DNA of 64,000 nucleotides from an uncultured Clostridia bacterium (GTDB taxonomy: Bacteria; Bacillota; Clostridia; Oscillospirales; Acutalibacteraceae), in contig CAMZEH010000005.1 in assembly GCA_947305745.1 (NCBI GenBank), forward strand, positions 5,339 to 69,338, read 5' to 3'. Position 1 is the stretch's first letter; each line of letters starts with the position of its first letter. The notes below the pieces were generated by a model, which ran no database searches, was not told where the DNA came from, and saw only the letters and a program-made list of their open reading frames with translations. Positions 25,626-36,900 of the stretch are shown piece after piece. The translations under genes and the position numbers were made by a program.

Positions 25626-26840
25626 TTATTTAAGCGGCAAGTGTCTCGCTTCTCTTACAAGATTAAAATCTCCGATTGCGGTCAGCAAACTATAAATATC
25701 TTTGTCCCTCATTGCATAGTATAAATGTCTGCTTATTATCATCAGGGGAGGGTTATCAAACCGGAATTGTTCTATTTGCTGCAATATACAATAGCCCGCT
25801 TCGCTTAATTTTAAAAAATCGAATATTTCTTCGTTTGAGTGCCCGGATGCATATAATGCACATACTTTATCAAGGCTATCGGTCAAACAACGATTTTTAA
25901 ATATAGCGCGATTACCGAATCTATCGACTCTAAGCCATCCCATACCCTTACTAAAATAGCGCGTTACTGCGTATAGATCCCGGAATTCATACTCGCTGCT
26001 ACGATACGATACCGCGAATTCACGTAAATCTAAACTTTTCCCCGCAAACGACGAATCAGGCTTTAACGTATCACACAACGCATTCGCCCAATCGTTTAGA
26101 TCAAAAACTGAGTGAATGTGTTCCGTTATTGCTTTTGGGTAGTAAATAACTTTAACGTTTGCCAGCGGATCTGCGATTTTATCGGTCTCGGCAATTTTGC
26201 ACATCTCAATCCACTGATTAAGCTCATAAATAACTTTTTCATGAAACTCATCTTTAGGCAATGCTTTTGCCAAGCTCTTATTTATATTTATAATAAGCAT
26301 AGGCTGAGGCAACGAGTTGCATACCTTTGGACCTTCAGGCAAAAAAAGTATGTTCAAAACACGTCTGCCCTCAGGTAATGTTTCGGGCAATTCTCTCCAC
26401 TGTCGAGGCACTTCAGGCGAAAGTGCAACCAACATATCGTGAGAATAAGGAACACACGCTTGCTGTACGGTCGGAAATGTCAGTACGGAATCTATTGGCA
26501 CACAATCTTGACAACCCACCTCATATGCTCCCTCTCGCGATTCATCATCATCTGATTCGGATACTGCTTTATCATGCATCTTTAAACGTTTTAAAAGTTT
26601 CAATTTTGCGCGTTTGGTTCGGCTGCGACACCGCTGAGCGACATCCCTCTGTGCCGGCTGATGCAAAGTTCTTTCTTGATCAACTTGTGGACCGTCACCT
26701 TCAGCAAAACTAAAGTGAATCTTTTGCCCGACTTCTAATTCGTCGACCGGATCGGAAGCAACCGCAAACATACCAATTGGATTGGCTAATATAGATACTA
26801 AAATTATTGATATGATTTTTTTTATTTTATTTTCCCACAT
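25626..26840 (-). CDS. Hypothetical secreted protein (404 aa)
   Basis: Signal peptide MWENKIKKIISIILVSILANPIGMFAVA|SD, then a charged low-complexity linker (RCRSRTKRAKLKLLKRLK ... SESDDDESRE) and a ~280-aa C-terminal region with no motif I recognise. It starts 15 bp after the hlyIII-family stop. Confidence 0.6.
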   Translation of the reverse strand: MWENKIKKIISIILVSILANPIGMFAVASDPVDELEVGQKIHFSFAEGDGPQVDQERTLHQPAQRDVAQRCRSRTKRAKLKLLKRLKMHDKAVSESDDDESREGAYEVGCQDCVPIDSVLTFPTVQQACVPYSHDMLVALSPEVPRQWRELPETLPEGRRVLNILFLPEGPKVCNSLPQPMLIININKSLAKALPKDEFHEKVIYELNQWIEMCKIAETDKIADPLANVKVIYYPKAITEHIHSVFDLNDWANALCDTLKPDSSFAGKSLDLREFAVSYRSSEYEFRDLYAVTRYFSKGMGWLRVDRFGNRAIFKNRCLTDSLDKVCALYASGHSNEEIFDFLKLSEAGYCILQQIEQFRFDNPPLMIISRHLYYAMRDKDIYSLLTAIGDFNLVREARHLPLK

Positions 26841-26855
26841 TTTATTTCCTTTACT

Positions 26856-27524
26856 TTATATGTTATATAGAATGAAAAAGTGGCAAATACTGCCGAAAAG
26901 AACAAATATGTGCCAAATGGAGTGCATATATTTTACTCTTTTGCCAATCAAATAAACTACCGCTCCAAACGTGTAAAATATGCCTCCTTCAATAAGCCAA
27001 AAAAGCTGATCCACATCAAGATTTTGGACAGTGGGTTTTGCCATGATAAGCACGCTCCACCCCATTACGATGTAACATATCATTGAAAATTTTGAAAATT
27101 TCTGTACATCAATCGCATTAAGAACTATGCCGCAAACAGCCGCAACACAAACAACCGCGAAAACCAATTTACTTAGAAATCCTCCTACAAACATCAAGCA
27201 TATCGGCGTGTAGGTTCCTGCTATCAAAACGAATATAGAGCAGTGATCAAGCTTCTGAAAAACGTTCTTAGCCTTTCCAGGCTTCAAAGAGTGATAAAGC
27301 GTGGAAACGGTATATAAGCAAAATAAGCTTAAACAATAAACAGCTATGCAAATACAGTTTTTAAGAGTATGGTCAAATTTTTGCAACAGCAAAAAAAGCG
27401 CAAAAAAAGAAAGTATAGCACCTATTCCGTGAGAAACCGCATTAAAAATTTCTTCGCCTAGACAATATTCGCTCTTTATCTCCGTTTTAAAGCCACTGGG
27501 GCATATTTTAAACATATTCTTCAC
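26856..27524 (-). CDS. Hemolysin III / PAQR family channel protein
   Basis: Seven TM helices with family motifs (EEIFNAVSHGIG, STLYHS, DHCSIF, HIFVLFGSICHF). Confidence 0.8.
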   Translation of the reverse strand: MKNMFKICPSGFKTEIKSEYCLGEEIFNAVSHGIGAILSFFALFLLLQKFDHTLKNCICIAVYCLSLFCLYTVSTLYHSLKPGKAKNVFQKLDHCSIFVLIAGTYTPICLMFVGGFLSKLVFAVVCVAAVCGIVLNAIDVQKFSKFSMICYIVMGWSVLIMAKPTVQNLDVDQLFWLIEGGIFYTFGAVVYLIGKRVKYMHSIWHIFVLFGSICHFFILYNI

Positions 27525-27648
27525 TCCGGCAAAACATTATATTAATTCTCATTATACAATTTTTTTCTCAAAAAGTAAAGATTTTTTTAATTTGTTGTTT
27601 TAGTACATACTTTTCGTAGCATATATTTACTCGAAGGAGTGAAGAATT

Positions 27649-28407
27649 TTGAAAATTTTTAGTAAATCAATTAAGGAAATAAAGAAAAACCGGCGAGGCG
27701 CATTTATGATCTCTGCGGGAATTTTGGTACTGTCGACGTTTGCATGTCTTGCCTACGGGAAGATAAGCGCGCAGATAAATGAGAAATCGGAAAATAAATC
27801 CCCTGAAATTAAATCTGTAATACTTGACGCGGGTCATGGCGGAGAGGACGGCGGAGCGGTGAGTGCCGACGGGGTTATTGAAAAAGATATAAATTTATCA
27901 GTTGCGCTGAAACTTCGTGATATTTTAAAAGTTTCCGGCTATAATGTTATAATGACGAGAGAAAAAGACACAGCAATATACAATAATGATGCCAAAACGC
28001 TACGAGAAAAAAAGCGTTCAGATCTCCATAATAGGCTTGATATAATAGAAAAAAACAGTGGAGAAAACACAATATTCGTCAGCGTCCATCAAAATAAGTT
28101 CCCAGATGCCAAATATCACGGAACGCAGATATTTTATTCAACGCATGACCCCAAAAGTATGGATTTGGCGCAGTCTGTGAGGAAATCAATCACGCAATTT
28201 CTGCAGCCCGAAAATGAACGGGAAATAAAAGAAGCAAATAAAAAAATCTATCTTTTAAATAATGCAAAAATCCCTGCAATTGTTGTAGAATGCGGATTTT
28301 TATCAAATCCTGAAGAATGCAAAAAACTCTCGGATAAAAATTACCAATCCGAAATGGCTTTCAGCGTCTACTGCGGCATAACCGATTATTTTGGTAACAA
28401 CATTTGA
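27649..28407 (+). CDS. cwlD: N-acetylmuramoyl-L-alanine amidase, CwlD-like (Amidase_3)
   Basis: N-terminal TM, VILDAGHGGEDGGAV, SVHQN, ECGFLSNPEE. Size and architecture match the germination-related CwlD. TTG start 9 nt after AAGGAG. Confidence 0.7.
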   Translation: MKIFSKSIKEIKKNRRGAFMISAGILVLSTFACLAYGKISAQINEKSENKSPEIKSVILDAGHGGEDGGAVSADGVIEKDINLSVALKLRDILKVSGYNVIMTREKDTAIYNNDAKTLREKKRSDLHNRLDIIEKNSGENTIFVSVHQNKFPDAKYHGTQIFYSTHDPKSMDLAQSVRKSITQFLQPENEREIKEANKKIYLLNNAKIPAIVVECGFLSNPEECKKLSDKNYQSEMAFSVYCGITDYFGNNI

Positions 28408-28489
28408 TTAAACTTTAAATATATAGTAAAATATCAACGCAGATAAACCAATAAATCAGAAGTATTTATATTTAAAAGGAAGTGTAACT

Positions 28490-29041
28490 GTGAAAAATCT
28501 GAAAAAAGTAATTACAGCGGCTCTTGCTATGGGAATTTCTTTGTGTTGTTTCATTGCGAAAGCGGATACTTTTGAGTTTACGGAAGATTTATTTAACGAA
28601 ATAGAATATTCCGTCAGAAACTCCGCATTTGTACGTTCAAAATCTGTGGGAATAGCAAGAGAACGTGCGGTTTTTGAGATATGCAAAAAAAGAATCGAAT
28701 TTCTAGAACATACTATTGAATCGCCTGTTTCGAGCGATATAAAGCTCAACATTTTACGCTACGTGCAGTCATGCGGGATTTTAAGTAAACGATATGAAGA
28801 CACTCAGCTGCGCAGGTCAAAAACAGAAGCGGAATTTAAGCATAACGCGGGCGTTATGATAGCAGCTTACACGCGCCTAAAAAATGATGTTATTAAATTT
28901 GCTCCCAAGGAATTTTCTTTAACGAGCGACAGTAAAGTGGCAAAAGATGATACCGATACGAGTCGTAAAAAAAGAGCTATGACCACACGTGAGGGTCGTA
29001 AAGGAGAATTTCACGGAGGAGGACGCTGCAAGCGAAAATAA
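28490..29041 (+). CDS. Hypothetical secreted protein with a basic C-terminal tail
   Basis: GTG start. Signal peptide MKNLKKVITAALAMGISLCCFIAKA, Arg/Lys-rich C-terminus. The stop TAA overlaps the radA ATG (TAATG). Confidence 0.5.
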   Translation: MKNLKKVITAALAMGISLCCFIAKADTFEFTEDLFNEIEYSVRNSAFVRSKSVGIARERAVFEICKKRIEFLEHTIESPVSSDIKLNILRYVQSCGILSKRYEDTQLRRSKTEAEFKHNAGVMIAAYTRLKNDVIKFAPKEFSLTSDSKVAKDDTDTSRKKRAMTTREGRKGEFHGGGRCKRK

Positions 29042-30420
29042 TGAAAAAGTCAACGAATGTTTTTGTCTGTTCTGAGTGCGGTTACGAATCCGCAAAATGG
29101 AATGGAATTTGTCCATCGTGCGGGCAAGGTAATACTATGGTAGAGGAAATCCGCGAGCCTGTTTCAAAAAAATCGGGCTCAAAAGTTAGATTTTCGCCGT
29201 CAGATGTAAGCCAAATCTGCGTAAATAGTATCGATATAAACGAAGAAGTTAGGTATCACACGGGCTTTAATGAGCTTGACCGCGTTTTCGGTGGCGGAAT
29301 CGTCAAGGGCTCGCTTTCGCTTTTGGGCGGTACGCCAGGTATTGGAAAATCCACGCTTCTTTTGCAGATTTGCAAGTTTCTCGATAAAAATTTAAAAATT
29401 TTATATGTTTCGGGCGAAGAATCAAAAAGGCAAATTAAAATGCGTGCATCAAGGCTTGGCGTAGAAAACGAGAATTTGTATGTAATGACGGAAACAAATC
29501 TTAATAAAATTGCCGCTGAGATAGAGTTTACTAACCCCGACATAGTAATAATCGACTCTGTTCAGACGATGAACAATCCCGAATCTTCGTCATTTCCGGG
29601 CAGTGTTTCGCAAGTCAAAGAATGCACAAATACTTTCCTTAAGCTCGCCAAATCGCTTGATATAACCATTTTACTCATCGGCCACGTCAATAAGGACGGA
29701 GCAATTGCAGGGCCGAAAGTGCTTGAACATATGGTCGATGCCGTACTTTATTTTGAGGGCGATGCACAGACATCATACAGAATTTTACGTGCGGTGAAAA
29801 ATAGGCATGGTTCTACTAATGAAATCGGCGTTTTCCGTATGGACAGCGTGGGCTTACAAGAAGTTGAAAATCCGTCAATGATGCTCCTTGCGGGCAAGCC
29901 GCAAAATGCTTCGGGAATATGCGTAGCGTGCGTAATGGAAGGCTCAAGGCCGATTTTGACAGAAGTTCAGAGCCTCGTCACCGCAACGAGTTTTGGAAAC
30001 CCCAGAAGAATGGCGACGGGCTTTGATTACAACAGAATGGCGCTGATTTTGGCAGTTCTCGAGAAGCGTGCCGGATATTTCTTTTCGGCAATGGACGCAT
30101 ATATAAACGTCGTCGGAGGGCTGAAACTAGAGGAGCCTGCCGCAGACCTTTCTGTTGCGATAGCGCTTGTTTCCGCTCTGAAAGATATTGCCATAGACGA
30201 CAGAATCATTGCGTTCGGTGAGGTAGGTCTTGCAGGGGAAATACGAGCTGTTTCGAACTGCGAGCTGCGTATAACCGAAGCTGAGCGACTCGGCTTTGAA
30301 AAGTGCATTATTCCGCATTATAATTTCGTTACTCTGAAAAACCCCGAGAAAAAATATAAAATAGAAATAATCGGTGCGAAAACAATTCGTCAAGCAGTCG
30401 CAGAGGCGCTTAATCAGTAG
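29041..30420 (+). CDS. radA: DNA repair protein RadA/Sms
   Basis: Zinc finger CSECGYESAKWNGICPSCG, Walker A GGTPGIGKST, KNRHG motif, Lon-protease-like C-terminal domain. Confidence 0.9.
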   Translation: MKKSTNVFVCSECGYESAKWNGICPSCGQGNTMVEEIREPVSKKSGSKVRFSPSDVSQICVNSIDINEEVRYHTGFNELDRVFGGGIVKGSLSLLGGTPGIGKSTLLLQICKFLDKNLKILYVSGEESKRQIKMRASRLGVENENLYVMTETNLNKIAAEIEFTNPDIVIIDSVQTMNNPESSSFPGSVSQVKECTNTFLKLAKSLDITILLIGHVNKDGAIAGPKVLEHMVDAVLYFEGDAQTSYRILRAVKNRHGSTNEIGVFRMDSVGLQEVENPSMMLLAGKPQNASGICVACVMEGSRPILTEVQSLVTATSFGNPRRMATGFDYNRMALILAVLEKRAGYFFSAMDAYINVVGGLKLEEPAADLSVAIALVSALKDIAIDDRIIAFGEVGLAGEIRAVSNCELRITEAERLGFEKCIIPHYNFVTLKNPEKKYKIEIIGAKTIRQAVAEALNQ

Positions 30421-33400
30421 ATTTTGAAAAATATTCGTTCAGGTGGAAAGAATATACCCCCAGCTCTTTGACTTTAATATTTTCGGTTTGCTCCAGGGCA
30501 TATTTATAAATTTGCAATTGTTTTTCATATTTTTTGTAAAGCTCATGAATATCATGGACTTTATCCGTTTTGTAATCGATTATCACGTATTCGCCGTTTT
30601 CTTCGAAAGCACAGTCGAGTGCGCCTTGAACTACCATAAGAGCGTCTTGAGATTTTGTTTCAGAATTTACTTTATATGCCGGGACATTTACGGAAAACCT
30701 GTGTTCTTTGAGTATTTTCCCGCTTTTGGAGATTCTTCTAAAAATTTCAGAATTTATAAATTTTTTGATAGCTTCCAAGTCAAGTGATTCATATTCTTCT
30801 TTTGTTAAGAAGCCTTCGCCCAGTAACTTAAGGCATTGATTCTTAGTGTTTTTGGCAGTTATGTGGGAGAAATCAGTATAGCAAACGAATTGGTGCATAG
30901 CGGTTCCCCTGTGCATGGGTGTGAGCTTATTTGAGAATATAAATTCGGGCTTTGATGAAGCTATGTAGTCTTCGGAAGTTTCGCCGTGAACTATTTGAGA
31001 TGCGGAAATTTTCATCGGCAAATTTATTAGTTCGGTGTACGGATACTTGAAATTAAATCTTTTTTCAAAAAGATTAAGCAATTTTTTGTTAGATACGAGA
31101 ATTGCTTTTTTTGTTTTGGGATAATTTTCGGTAACCAAATCATTATTTCCTTTTTTGGGGTCTATAATCTCAAAATGCCAGTTAAATTCTGAGTTTTCGG
31201 TGGTGTGAATGTGTTTTGGCTCCAATGTGCACTTTTCGCATATGTTTTCATACGAGCCGTTTTTAGAAATAGCCATCAAAATCCAATCCAAAAACGAATT
31301 TGATTTAAATATCATACTTGGTAAAACAGAATCAAAATAATACGCGGGTGCGGCGGATAACAATTCGCTTATCTTTTTTTGGGGATTTTCTAGCGTGGCA
31401 GTCAAAATGAGCTTTTGCTTAGCGCGAGTTAGTGCAACGTAAAGTATCCTCATTTCTTCTGAGATACTTTCTTTTTTATTTTTTATGTATATTGCCTTTC
31501 TTATAATGTTGTCGTAGCTGAGGGTTGAATCGCTGTTTTTTGTTTTTGCGCCGATTCCAAGCTTATGATTTATTAAAACAGAGTCTTTATCAAAATTGAA
31601 TTTTGAACTGCAGTTCGCCAGTATGCATATTGGAAATTCAAGCCCCTTTGATTTATGTATGCTCATAATTTTTACCGATGTTTCGCCGAATTCCGAAATT
31701 TCCGCAGGTTTTAAGTCTTCACCACGGTTTTTAATGCCGTTTATAAAATTTAAAAATCCCGAAACGCCGGAATGGTTGTCTTTTTCGAAACTTCTTGCGT
31801 ATTCTGAGAGTTTTATTAGATTCGCACGTTTTCGCTCCCCGTTTGGATCCGACAAACAAATAGATGGATATGCAGTTTTTTCGTATATAGCTTCAATGAC
31901 TTCATCGCACGGGCATGAGGCTGCCAAATTTCTATAATATTCCAGTTCTGATATCAGTTTTTCTATTTCTTTGTCGTTCGGATTTTCTTTATAAAACTTT
32001 TTTAGTGCGAAATAAAGCGGGACTTTGGTATCGGCTTTGCGAATTTCGGCAATTTTATCCATCGTAAAGCCAAAAATCGGCATAAGCATAGTCGCGGTGA
32101 GAGGTATATCAAGCGTAGGGTTGTTAATAGTTTCAAGTAGCGAAATTATCGTTGAAATTTCTTCGGTTTCGAGGAATTTATCATTTGTTTCCGCCAAGGT
32201 GGGAATACCGCATTGCTGCAGAGTTTCGCAGTAAATATGTGCGCAAGATTTGTGGCTGCGCAGTAAGATACAAAAATCCGAAAAATTTGCAGCGCGTAGT
32301 TTGCCGCCTGATTCTACCTGATACCCTGACGAAATAATTTCTAGTATAATTTTGGCGATTTCCGCAGCTTCGGTTTTATATTTGTCTTCTTTATCGGATT
32401 TTATGATTTTGATAGATATATTGCTTTGCTTTTGTGGAGAATAAATTGCTCCGGCTGTTAACTCTTCTTCTGAGTTATATTCTATTTCGCCGGCTTTTTT
32501 TGACATCAATTTTTTAAATATAAAGTTTATACCGTCTATAATTTTTGAGTCGCTTCGGAAGTTCTTCCCAAGGAGTATTTTTGCCGGGAATAAAGGATTT
32601 TCTGAGGAATAAATAGAGAACGAAGCTTTTTTGCTTATAAAAATATCCGGGCGAGATTGTCTGAATTTATATATGCTTTGTTTTACGTCGCCAACCATAA
32701 AAATATTTTCTTCATTTCGGCTTATCATCTTGAAAATTGTATCCTGAAGTTCGTTGACGTCCTGATACTCGTCAACCATTATTTCTTCAAAACTTTTTGA
32801 AAGTTCCTCGGCGAATTCGTTTTTTGAAAATTCTCCATTTTCGCTTTCATCGGTTAAAAGTTCGAGCGTTTTGCGTTCCAAGTCGCTGAATTCCAAAATA
32901 TTTTTAAGGAGTTTTAAAGATTTCACTTCAGTCTCATAATCATTTACCGCGTCAAAAATCGCGCCAAATACTTTGCGAAGATATTCTGTAGCGTTTTTCG
33001 TATCTGCTTCTTTAAATTCGTACAGCTCCGCCAAGCTTTGGAGCGTTTTTTTGAAGTATCCGTGGCAATTTTTTATTATGTGCATACCGTAGGGCGCGTC
33101 GTTTTCTTTAATGGGTATAAATCTCTTGAAATTCATACCCTCAAACGCGCGGGATACTCCCGAAAAATCATCTTCTTGAAGTGCTTTTAAAATCAAATTT
33201 AAGGTTTTGTGGTCTCTGCTTACGAGTTCGGAATACTTTTTTTCTAGAGTTTCATCTGAGTGCATAGCCACGCTCATACGTTCTAAAATTTGTGCTAAAT
33301 CTTCGCATATTTCTTTTGTGTGACTTATAATCAGTTCTTGCCAAATCGAATTTTTGCCGTTTTCTAATCTATACATTTCCAATGTCTTTTTCATCCATAG

Positions 33401-33967
33401 CTTTGGAAACGGCAATGATTTTGTAAGCTCATATATGTTCTTTATAACATTTGCGAGTGAGCGGTCGTCTTTTTCCGAAGTGAACAAATCGGCCGCGAGG
33501 CTTCTTTCTAGCGACATTTCTGAAAAAAACTTGTTGAGAGTTATTTCCATAGCCTCGTCTTGAAGTTCTTGGAGTTCGCTTTCTTTTGCGATTCTAAATT
33601 TTGGCGAAACTCCCAATTTGAAGAAATTTTCTTTTACCAAATTCGAGCAGAAGCTGTCTATTGTGCCGATGTGTGCGGACTGCAATAGCATTTTTTGCCT
33701 CATTAAATTTGTATCCTCAGGATTTTCGCTTATGAGTTCGGAAAGTCTTGCGGAAATTCTGCTTCTCATTTCCGCCGCGGCGGCTTTTGTGAAAGTTACT
33801 ATTAAAAATTTGTCTATGTCAACGGGTTTCTCTGAGTCGGTTATTTTTTTAATAACACGTTCGATCAGCACAGAGGTCTTCCCCGATCCTGCGGCTGCGG
33901 CTACTAGTATGCACCCGCCATGTGTGTTTATTGCTTGGTTTTGTTCATTCGTCCATACTTTACTCAC
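30410..33967 (-). CDS. addA: ATP-dependent helicase/nuclease subunit A (AddA)
   Basis: WTNEQNQAI, AAAGSGKT, UvrD-type helicase motifs, and a C-terminal RecB-type nuclease (GALDCAF ... IIDYKTD). The start is set at GTG 33967 (RBS GAGGTG upstream), overlapping the addB stop by 8 nt. The ORF-track extension to 34090 lies inside addB. Confidence 0.85.
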   Translation of the reverse strand: MSKVWTNEQNQAINTHGGCILVAAAAGSGKTSVLIERVIKKITDSEKPVDIDKFLIVTFTKAAAAEMRSRISARLSELISENPEDTNLMRQKMLLQSAHIGTIDSFCSNLVKENFFKLGVSPKFRIAKESELQELQDEAMEITLNKFFSEMSLERSLAADLFTSEKDDRSLANVIKNIYELTKSLPFPKLWMKKTLEMYRLENGKNSIWQELIISHTKEICEDLAQILERMSVAMHSDETLEKKYSELVSRDHKTLNLILKALQEDDFSGVSRAFEGMNFKRFIPIKENDAPYGMHIIKNCHGYFKKTLQSLAELYEFKEADTKNATEYLRKVFGAIFDAVNDYETEVKSLKLLKNILEFSDLERKTLELLTDESENGEFSKNEFAEELSKSFEEIMVDEYQDVNELQDTIFKMISRNEENIFMVGDVKQSIYKFRQSRPDIFISKKASFSIYSSENPLFPAKILLGKNFRSDSKIIDGINFIFKKLMSKKAGEIEYNSEEELTAGAIYSPQKQSNISIKIIKSDKEDKYKTEAAEIAKIILEIISSGYQVESGGKLRAANFSDFCILLRSHKSCAHIYCETLQQCGIPTLAETNDKFLETEEISTIISLLETINNPTLDIPLTATMLMPIFGFTMDKIAEIRKADTKVPLYFALKKFYKENPNDKEIEKLISELEYYRNLAASCPCDEVIEAIYEKTAYPSICLSDPNGERKRANLIKLSEYARSFEKDNHSGVSGFLNFINGIKNRGEDLKPAEISEFGETSVKIMSIHKSKGLEFPICILANCSSKFNFDKDSVLINHKLGIGAKTKNSDSTLSYDNIIRKAIYIKNKKESISEEMRILYVALTRAKQKLILTATLENPQKKISELLSAAPAYYFDSVLPSMIFKSNSFLDWILMAISKNGSYENICEKCTLEPKHIHTTENSEFNWHFEIIDPKKGNNDLVTENYPKTKKAILVSNKKLLNLFEKRFNFKYPYTELINLPMKISASQIVHGETSEDYIASSKPEFIFSNKLTPMHRGTAMHQFVCYTDFSHITAKNTKNQCLKLLGEGFLTKEEYESLDLEAIKKFINSEIFRRISKSGKILKEHRFSVNVPAYKVNSETKSQDALMVVQGALDCAFEENGEYVIIDYKTDKVHDIHELYKKYEKQLQIYKYALEQTENIKVKELGVYSFHLNEYFSKSTD

Positions 33968-36900
33968 CTGAGATTTCACCTCTTTTTTCGCTGATTTGCG
34001 CAAATATATTTTCGCGGCTTTCGCCCGACTTAATGTTTTTGAATGTTTCTTTGCCGTAATTGCATATTTGCAGGTACTTACAAAAATCACAGCTTGGATT
34101 TTTCCCCGATTGCGCGGTCGGGTCTACGTCAAAAACTCCGTTTTGAATATGCACCCCGACTTCTTTAATCATCAATTCTATGTACTTAAAAATATCTCTC
34201 ATTTCGTCAAGATTAGCGGTGCACTTATCGCCTTTGATTATCTTTCCGCCTTTAATTTTCACGGGTATAAAATCGCCGTTTAGAGAGCCGTCCATAGCCC
34301 TCATAATTTTCTCGTCGCTAAGTACAATACCGCTCATGCACATTTCTTTTTTTATTTCTTCATCGCTGTTTTTGCCCGGTTTTACTTCAAACAGCGGTTT
34401 AAGCGCTTTAAAGTATAACGCACCTGCGGGCACGGCATTTTTATATTTGCCGGTTCCGTTTTTGCTGATTGTGAGGAGGTATATCAGCATTTGCATATCT
34501 ATACCGCCGAGAATATTTCCGAGCTCAAAGGTTTTTTTGCCCGTTTTATAGTCGATAATTCGTACATAATTTTTACTATCATCTTGCATAGTATCCACGC
34601 GGTCGATTTTGCCTTCGATTTCAATGCTGAAGCCATCTTTGAGGGGAATTTTAAGCGGTTTTACAGCACCTTTTGGAGAAATCTCCAGTTCGCAGTCCGA
34701 GATAACGAATTTGCTCTGTTTAAATTCTTCTATGAGCCGCTTGATGAGCATAATAGCTGAATTTTTTGATTTTTCGATTATGTATTTAACTCTGGGGTTT
34801 TCAGCGGTTACCTCGCCCAAAACGGATTTTGCATAGCTTTCGATTATTTCAAAAATATCGTTTTTTAGAGCGTCCTCCGGCACTTTTAAAATTTGATTTT
34901 TCGGATACTTTTTAAAAAGTTTTTCGAGCATACGGTGCATAAGATTGCCATACTCGAGAGCGCTGAATCTCGCAGGTTCAAGCGGTTTTAAATTTAGCCC
35001 GTATTTGCAAAGATACCCAAACGGACATCTGTAATAACTTTCTATTTGTGAAGCCGAAAGTTTAATGCTTTTTCCAAAAAGCTCCTGTGCGTTTGCTTTA
35101 TTTTTAAACCCGAATTTTTTCGGCTCGGCAAAGTTTTTCAAGGTGCTGAATCTTTCTGTGAATTTATTTGATTTTTCAAAGTATTCTTTGAGAGTAGTTC
35201 CGATTTCCGAGTGTTTGTTTTTGTACGCGCAGTAGATATTAAACGCCGAGCTTTCCGACCAAACCGAATCGGTTATTTTGTGGCTGCTTCGCGTATCTGT
35301 TTTGATTTTCGGGAAAATTTCTTTAATTTCTTTTATTACCTCAGAAGGATTTTTCTGCTCCCCCTCATAATCTATTCCCGGCCAGCTTATGTATAGCTTC
35401 TCGGAAGCGCTGCAGAGAGCAGTGTAGGCCAAAAATTCTTCTCGGAGGAGTAGATAGTTTTTGTCTTCGCAGATTTTAATCCCTAGGTTTTCAATTTGAA
35501 TAGTTTCGGATTGTGTGAACACTTCGGATTGGCTGACAGGTGCTGGGAATTCACCTTCTGACGCGCCCAACACAAAAACAACTTTAGGGCTTTCAAGTCT
35601 TGCGCCGGGAATTTTCGCTGCTATTACGCAGTCTCTGCTCTGAGGAATAGACGAGCAATCGACCGATTCTAAACCTGATATCAAAATTCGTAAATATTCT
35701 TTTGCGGATATAGTTTTTGTACCCATAATTTGCGAAATTAAGCTGAGAATTTCCATAAGTGTATCCCAAGCTTTGGCTTCTTTTTCGGCAGTGTGAATGT
35801 TGCCGGAATTTTTTAGATTTACATAAAATTTTTTCAAGTTTTCGTTTGCGCGAATTTCAATTAGAAAGTTATAAACAGCTTCCGAGATTTTGTTTGCCGA
35901 CGTTTTGTTTTTGATTTGATTTTTGAGATTTATAAGCGGGCCAATAACTGCGTTTTTCGTAGCATTTATATTTTTCAAAAGTTCGGCGTCTGCTTCGCTC
36001 CAATTATCGCAATAGCCCTGCAGGTGAACGCAGAACTCACTCTCCCATTTTTTTGATTTTATATTCCATAAAAGCGCATAGTTTTCAAGATTGCAAATTT
36101 CTTCCGTTGAAAATCCTAAAAGCTTCGATTTCATATATCTGATGACATCGGAAGTTTGAAAATTCGAAATTATCGAGTCGAACGCCGAAATCACTAAATT
36201 AATGAGAGATTTATTAAGAATTGTTTCGACAGAATCTAAAAATAGCGGAATATTATATCTTTTAAAAATACTTTTAAGAGGAGACATATAGCAATCTGTA
36301 TTTTTGATAAGGATTGCGATATCTTGGTATCTGTAACCGTTTTCAATTACCAATTTGCATATATTTTTTGCAGCGTTTTCGCATTCTTCATAGACGTTTA
36401 GAGCAGAGTAAATTTTTATATTTTCGGGAGTTCTGTCAAATTGTGCTTTTTGAGCGCTAAAAAGATTTTCTTCAAGCGATTTGAGTTCGTCATTTAAAAA
36501 TCTTTTATGATTTTTCAAATTAATCGGCTGCGAAATTTTAATTCCATTTTTTATGGCTAAATTTTTAATATTTGTAATAGTTTTGCAAATCGGGGCAAAT
36601 AAATTTGTTTTATTTTCCGCTGTGCTGTTTGGATCGGTGCATAGTGCCATGTATACGCTGCCGGCTTGTTTTAAAATCAGTTCTATTATGCTCAATTGCT
36701 GGTCGGTGAAATTGTTGAACGCATCGAAAATCACTGTATATCCGTCAAAAATGTTGTGCTTTTGCATGGCGTGCTCGGTTATATTCATTTTGTCATTCGC
36801 GTCGATAAATTTTCCGGCGCAGAGTTTTTCATATTCGCTTAGAATAGCGGATATTTCCTTAAACTTTTGGCTTAGTATGTTTTTATCGAAATTTTTTAGT

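Noticed and set aside
33968-34090. N-terminal extension of addA in the track (start 34090). Similar extensions occur at addB (37317-37355), pgeF (7851-7946), pdp, deoC and the Csp gene (4683-4712).
   Set aside because: These extensions lie inside upstream genes or upstream of the evident Shine-Dalgarno. The conserved N-termini of each family begin at the downstream start chosen here.
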